Positions 7,283-10,044 of a stretch of 10,044 nucleotides of DNA are shown in pieces. The DNA is taken from assembly GCA_049424145.1 (NCBI GenBank), contig JBMSSC010000099.1:1-10044 (forward strand). Direction: 5' to 3'. Origin of the DNA: Bdellovibrionia bacterium (lineage in GTDB: Bacteria; Bdellovibrionota; UBA1018). The notes under the pieces were generated by a model. That model was not told where the DNA came from and searched no databases. It was given only the letters and a program-made list of their open reading frames with translations. Numbering within the stretch: the stretch's first letter is position 1; each line of letters starts with the position of its first letter. The position numbers and the translations under genes were made by a program.

Positions 7283-8115
7283 AGTCTTTAGGTCGTTTGG
7301 ATCAGAAAAAGAAAAAAGGATCCCGTTTACCCAGCATTCCTCTTTCCTCTTTGGCTCAGTCTGCAGTTCGCGCTTCCCATGCTGCCGGTCGAGTTTTAAT
7401 GAAGTACTATCAAGCGCCTCTGAAAGTGGCTGAGAAAAAGGGAGCAGGCTTAGTGACTCAGGCGGATTTTGAGGCTCAAGCCCAGGCGGTCCAGGTGCTT
7501 AAAAAAGCTTTTCCTCAGTTTGGGTTCTTAACGGAAGAGGCCCCGGAGCAACTGGGGCAAAGCCCGGGTCGTTGGATCATTGATCCTTTGGATGGAACCA
7601 CCAACTTTGTTCATGGCTTTCCCATGTTCTGTGTTTCGATTGCTGCGGAGTGGGAGGGTGTGCTTGTGGCTGGAGTGATTTACCATCCGATTTTTAAGCA
7701 CACTTACGTTGCAACCCTGGGGGGCGGGGCTTTTTTAAATGGAAAGCCCATTCATGTTTCTCGAACGCGGAAACTCTCTCAAGCGCTCCTCACCACGGGG
7801 TTTACCTACCGAAAAGATCAGTATTTAAAGGCCGAGATGAAGGCGTTTGAGTACTTAAGCTCCCAATCTCGGGCAGTCAGGAGGCCTGGAAGTGCTGCTT
7901 TGGATTTAGCCTACACGGCACAAGGCGTCTTTGATGGGTTTTGGGAGTCTGGGCTTTCGCCCTGGGATATTGCAGCTGGGGTGCTTCTGGTGAGAGAGGC
8001 TGGAGGGAAAGTGACAGGCTTTTCAGGTCAGCAGCTCGAGCTCCACTCAGGGGAGCTCATGGCTTCTAACTCGAATTTACACCCAAAACTGATCTCGGTG
8101 ATGTCAAGATTCTAA
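7279..8115 (+). CDS. suhB: Inositol monophosphatase family protein (SuhB-like)
   Basis: LVTQAD, FLTEE, WIIDPLDGTTNFVHG, RRPGSAALDLAY, PWDIAAG; GTGA overlap with the upstream gene. Confidence 0.9.
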   Translation: MKSLGRLDQKKKKGSRLPSIPLSSLAQSAVRASHAAGRVLMKYYQAPLKVAEKKGAGLVTQADFEAQAQAVQVLKKAFPQFGFLTEEAPEQLGQSPGRWIIDPLDGTTNFVHGFPMFCVSIAAEWEGVLVAGVIYHPIFKHTYVATLGGGAFLNGKPIHVSRTRKLSQALLTTGFTYRKDQYLKAEMKAFEYLSSQSRAVRRPGSAALDLAYTAQGVFDGFWESGLSPWDIAAGVLLVREAGGKVTGFSGQQLELHSGELMASNSNLHPKLISVMSRF

Positions 8116-8118
8116 CGC

Positions 8119-8147
8119 TGGACACGTTTATTCTCAATTTGTATAAT
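8119..8147 (+). promoter_or_regulatory. Near-consensus sigma70 promoter giving a leaderless transcript of the 8155 gene
   Basis: TGGACA (8119-8124), 17 nt, TATAAT (8142-8147), 7 nt, ATG 8155; no SD sequence. Confidence 0.7.
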
Positions 8148-8154
8148 TAATAGA

Positions 8155-8976
8155 ATGAAAGACTGGATCTATCTGTTTTCTCAATTTACCTCTGAGGCCT
8201 TGACTCTTGAGCTTGCCATTCTTTTGTTTCTTTGTGCAAGTTATGGAGGCTTTTGGGTTCTTAAGAAAAGGCGCTTTGGCGTGGCCCAGTCGCATGTTCC
8301 CGCGGGTTTGGTGCGGGTCTACTTAGAAGAACTGATTGGAAACGCCAACACGCTTCAGGTTCAATTATTTGGACTCAAGGGCTCAGGTGGGGCTCATGAC
8401 ATGGCCCATGACTTAGAAGCATCACTCGGTTCTCGCTCTAAAAATCAAGGCGAGCTAGTCCAGCGCCTTCTGAAAATTGAGGAGAAGCTCGAGCTTCAAT
8501 CCAAAGCTTTGGAGAACCTCGTGACAACGGGCGTTCCTCTTCAGGCGCAATCCTCGCAACCCCATGGAGGAGCGAATGCTGCTCCAAGTCAGACATCACC
8601 GGCTGCTCAAGCCTCTGCTCCTGCCCCTTCTGCTCCCGCTGGTGGAGGAGATACTGCACTTTTAGAAAAAATCAGTGTCTTAGAGAAGAAGCTCGCTGAG
8701 TACAGCATCATTGAAGATGATCTAGCGGATTTAAAGAAAATTCAGCAAGAAAACGCCCAACTCAAATCCACCTTAGCGGACCTTCATAATCGAGGCCTGA
8801 TTCCTGCCGATGTTGCTCCGCCTGCAGATTCAGCTTCCGGTGCCAGTGTTCATGATCCTTTGGCAAAGCCTCAGGCTCAGGAGTCAGTTGTACCTGAAGC
8901 AGCAGCTGCACCTGTTGCTCCCTCACCTGGGGATGCGGAGCTTCTGAAGGAATTTGAAAAAATGCTTCAAGGCTAG
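8155..8976 (+). CDS. Hypothetical single-pass membrane protein with coiled coils and Pro/Ala-rich linkers
   Basis: TM segment ALTLELAILLFLCASYGGFWVL followed by KKRR; heptad-like segments (LVQRLLKIEEKLELQSKALENL; LLEKISVLEKKLAEY...LKKIQQENAQLKSTLADL); C-terminal amphipathic helix DAELLKEFEKMLQG. Confidence 0.85.
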   Translation: MKDWIYLFSQFTSEALTLELAILLFLCASYGGFWVLKKRRFGVAQSHVPAGLVRVYLEELIGNANTLQVQLFGLKGSGGAHDMAHDLEASLGSRSKNQGELVQRLLKIEEKLELQSKALENLVTTGVPLQAQSSQPHGGANAAPSQTSPAAQASAPAPSAPAGGGDTALLEKISVLEKKLAEYSIIEDDLADLKKIQQENAQLKSTLADLHNRGLIPADVAPPADSASGASVHDPLAKPQAQESVVPEAAAAPVAPSPGDAELLKEFEKMLQG

Positions 8977-9053
8977 CAAGGGTCGCTCCCGTCGTCGGGT
9001 TCTCTACCTGAGGGAGATCGGATTATGTCTTGAAGGTTCTGGAGTTTCTGGAG

Positions 9054-9202
9054 CTTAAAGAGGAGCCAACCACTGTTGGATCCCTGACAGGATCGGTTGC
9101 GGTGCCCTGACTGATCTGCCAGGCAGGGGTATTTCACCCATCCTTCGAGAATTTTCTGAGACGTCGTTCGCACTTAGGGTGGCAGCAAATGGCTCATTCA
9201 AG
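9054..9202 (-). ncRNA. Candidate structured non-coding RNA (family not recognised)
   Basis: Minus strand: the 5' segment CUUGAA-u-GAGCCAuUUGCUG pairs with the 3' segment CAGUGGuUGGCUC-cuc-UUUAAG. Internal helices are CACCC/GGGUG, CCCUG-c-CUG/CAG-u-CAGGG and GAUCC/GGAUC. Several G-U pairs form only on the minus strand. Confidence 0.55.
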
Positions 9203-9257
9203 GCAACACTGGCAACACGCATCCCTCTTTTTGCAGGGAGGCAACGATTGAGTCTCA

Positions 9258-10044
9258 TCACCTTAAGGAAAAGTGTTTGAAAGAGGGGATGTCCTCTGAA
9301 TGTTCTTCTGAGGTTTGAGGCTTTAAAACCTTCTGCTCTCCCTCAGGGATCTGATCCATGTGCTGCCCAGGATGGATCTTATTTTTCTTGGTTTTTCTCA
9401 GATAAGCAAACCACCTGCGACCCCGTTCGCTTTCCTTCGAGTGATCCGTGGAGTCAGAATCAGGGCTAAAAGACGGCTCACACCCCGAGGAAGATTCTTT
9501 GCTCAAGGGATTCAATCCGGGAGTTCCAGTGGAGCTCCGCTTTTCTCGTGGGTCAGGTGAGTGTTCAAACATGGGGCTGAGTGAATTTTTTTTGGAGGAT
9601 TCTTCCAAGGTCTCTCGAGAGGAAACATCTTGGGGGGATGCGGAATAAAATGCGTGGTGAGCGCCTCGTGGAGCTTTTTTGTTTTGAGGTGAGTCAACGA
9701 GACTCCAGCCGGAGCCACTCTCATGGAGGGGTTGAGGAGGGTATTCGAGGGCTCCTGGATCCAAAGTTTCTGTTCCTGGGTTTGAAAGGCTTAGAAGAAC
9801 ACATTTTCTTGAAAACGCAGCTTTTCGGTCGTTTTCCTTCATCCGTCGAATGTCTTCTGGGCAGATCATCACCGAGATGCCTTCGTCCGAAGGGCCAGCT
9901 TCCGCTGAGCCTAGGTCAACGATTTCGCCTGTGTCTTCCTCAGAAAACTCAAAGCCGCTGTATTCAGACCAGCCCAGGGAGGATTCGGTTGGTTCACAGC
10001 TTAATGGATGGCTCTGGAGATCATGATGACTCTGCGGATGGGGG
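9258..10044 (-). CDS. Hypothetical low-complexity Ser/Pro/Glu-rich protein, 5'-truncated by the window edge
   Basis: The frame of the 9258..9872 ORF stays open to the window end (...PHPQSHHDLQSHPLSCEPTESSLGWSEYSGFEFSEEDTGEIVDLGSAEAGPSDEGISVMICPED...), giving at least 260 codons; no recognisable domain. Confidence 0.65.
   Translation of the reverse strand, partial: PHPQSHHDLQSHPLSCEPTESSLGWSEYSGFEFSEEDTGEIVDLGSAEAGPSDEGISVMICPEDIRRMKENDRKAAFSRKCVLLSLSNPGTETLDPGALEYPPQPLHESGSGWSLVDSPQNKKAPRGAHHAFYSASPQDVSSRETLEESSKKNSLSPMFEHSPDPREKRSSTGTPGLNPLSKESSSGCEPSFSPDSDSTDHSKESERGRRWFAYLRKTKKNKIHPGQHMDQIPEGEQKVLKPQTSEEHSEDIPSFKHFSLR

Noticed and set aside
8980..9020. GC-rich hairpins after the 8155 gene (CTCCC...GGGAG; TCTCT/GGAGA)
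   Set aside because: Short or alternative stems without a clear U-tract; not confidently a terminator.
9063..9146. Resemblance to the FMN riboswitch (GGGTGAAAT.CCC, GATCC...CCAACAGT), the c-di-AMP riboswitch, SRP RNA (GCGGTGCCCTG) or Y RNA (CGAAGG)
   Set aside because: Key elements are missing: no AGTCTGGATGGGAGAAG or ACCGGCGGT, no CAGGTCCGGAAGGAAGCAG, no TTCGA T-arm. No co-oriented downstream gene exists for a riboswitch.
8973..9173. 66-aa minus-strand ORF
   Set aside because: No SD or protein features; overlaps the candidate RNA and the end of the convergent gene.
9055..9261. 68-aa minus-strand ORF (GTGA overlap with the upstream stop) containing 'ANDVSEN', reminiscent of a tmRNA tag start (taagtgcgaacgac)
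   Set aside because: No tmRNA tRNA-like ends (GGGG...TTCGA...CCACCA), and the frame runs 38 codons from AND without an ALAA-type end. The region is better explained by RNA structure, although a small peptide is not fully excluded.
1..10044. CRISPR array, tRNA/rRNA, transposase/integrase, defence system
   Set aside because: No regularly spaced repeats, canonical tRNA cloverleaf with T-arm and CCA, or relevant protein motifs seen.

Overview
About 10 kb of bacterial chromosome with roughly 50% GC and mostly housekeeping and envelope genes. The gene repertoire suggests Bdellovibrionota/Oligoflexia or a related former deltaproteobacterium (inference only). In order: a truncated minus-strand lipoprotein missed by the ORF track; kdsD; a lipoprotein DsbA-family oxidoreductase; a bidirectional terminator; an exported cupin; an exported retropepsin-like/PDZ protein with a degenerate catalytic motif, translationally coupled to hflX; a divergent class-IV PLP aminotransferase/suhB pair; a membrane-anchored coiled-coil hypothetical protein; and a truncated low-complexity ORF. 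The most notable unexplained signal is a ~150-nt intergenic element (9054-9202, minus strand). It folds into a long terminal stem closing a multi-helix junction and is a candidate structured ncRNA that I cannot assign to a family. Two genes also have near-consensus sigma70 promoters positioned so that transcription would start at the ATG (leaderless mRNAs). I found no CRISPR array, tRNA, rRNA or mobile element.
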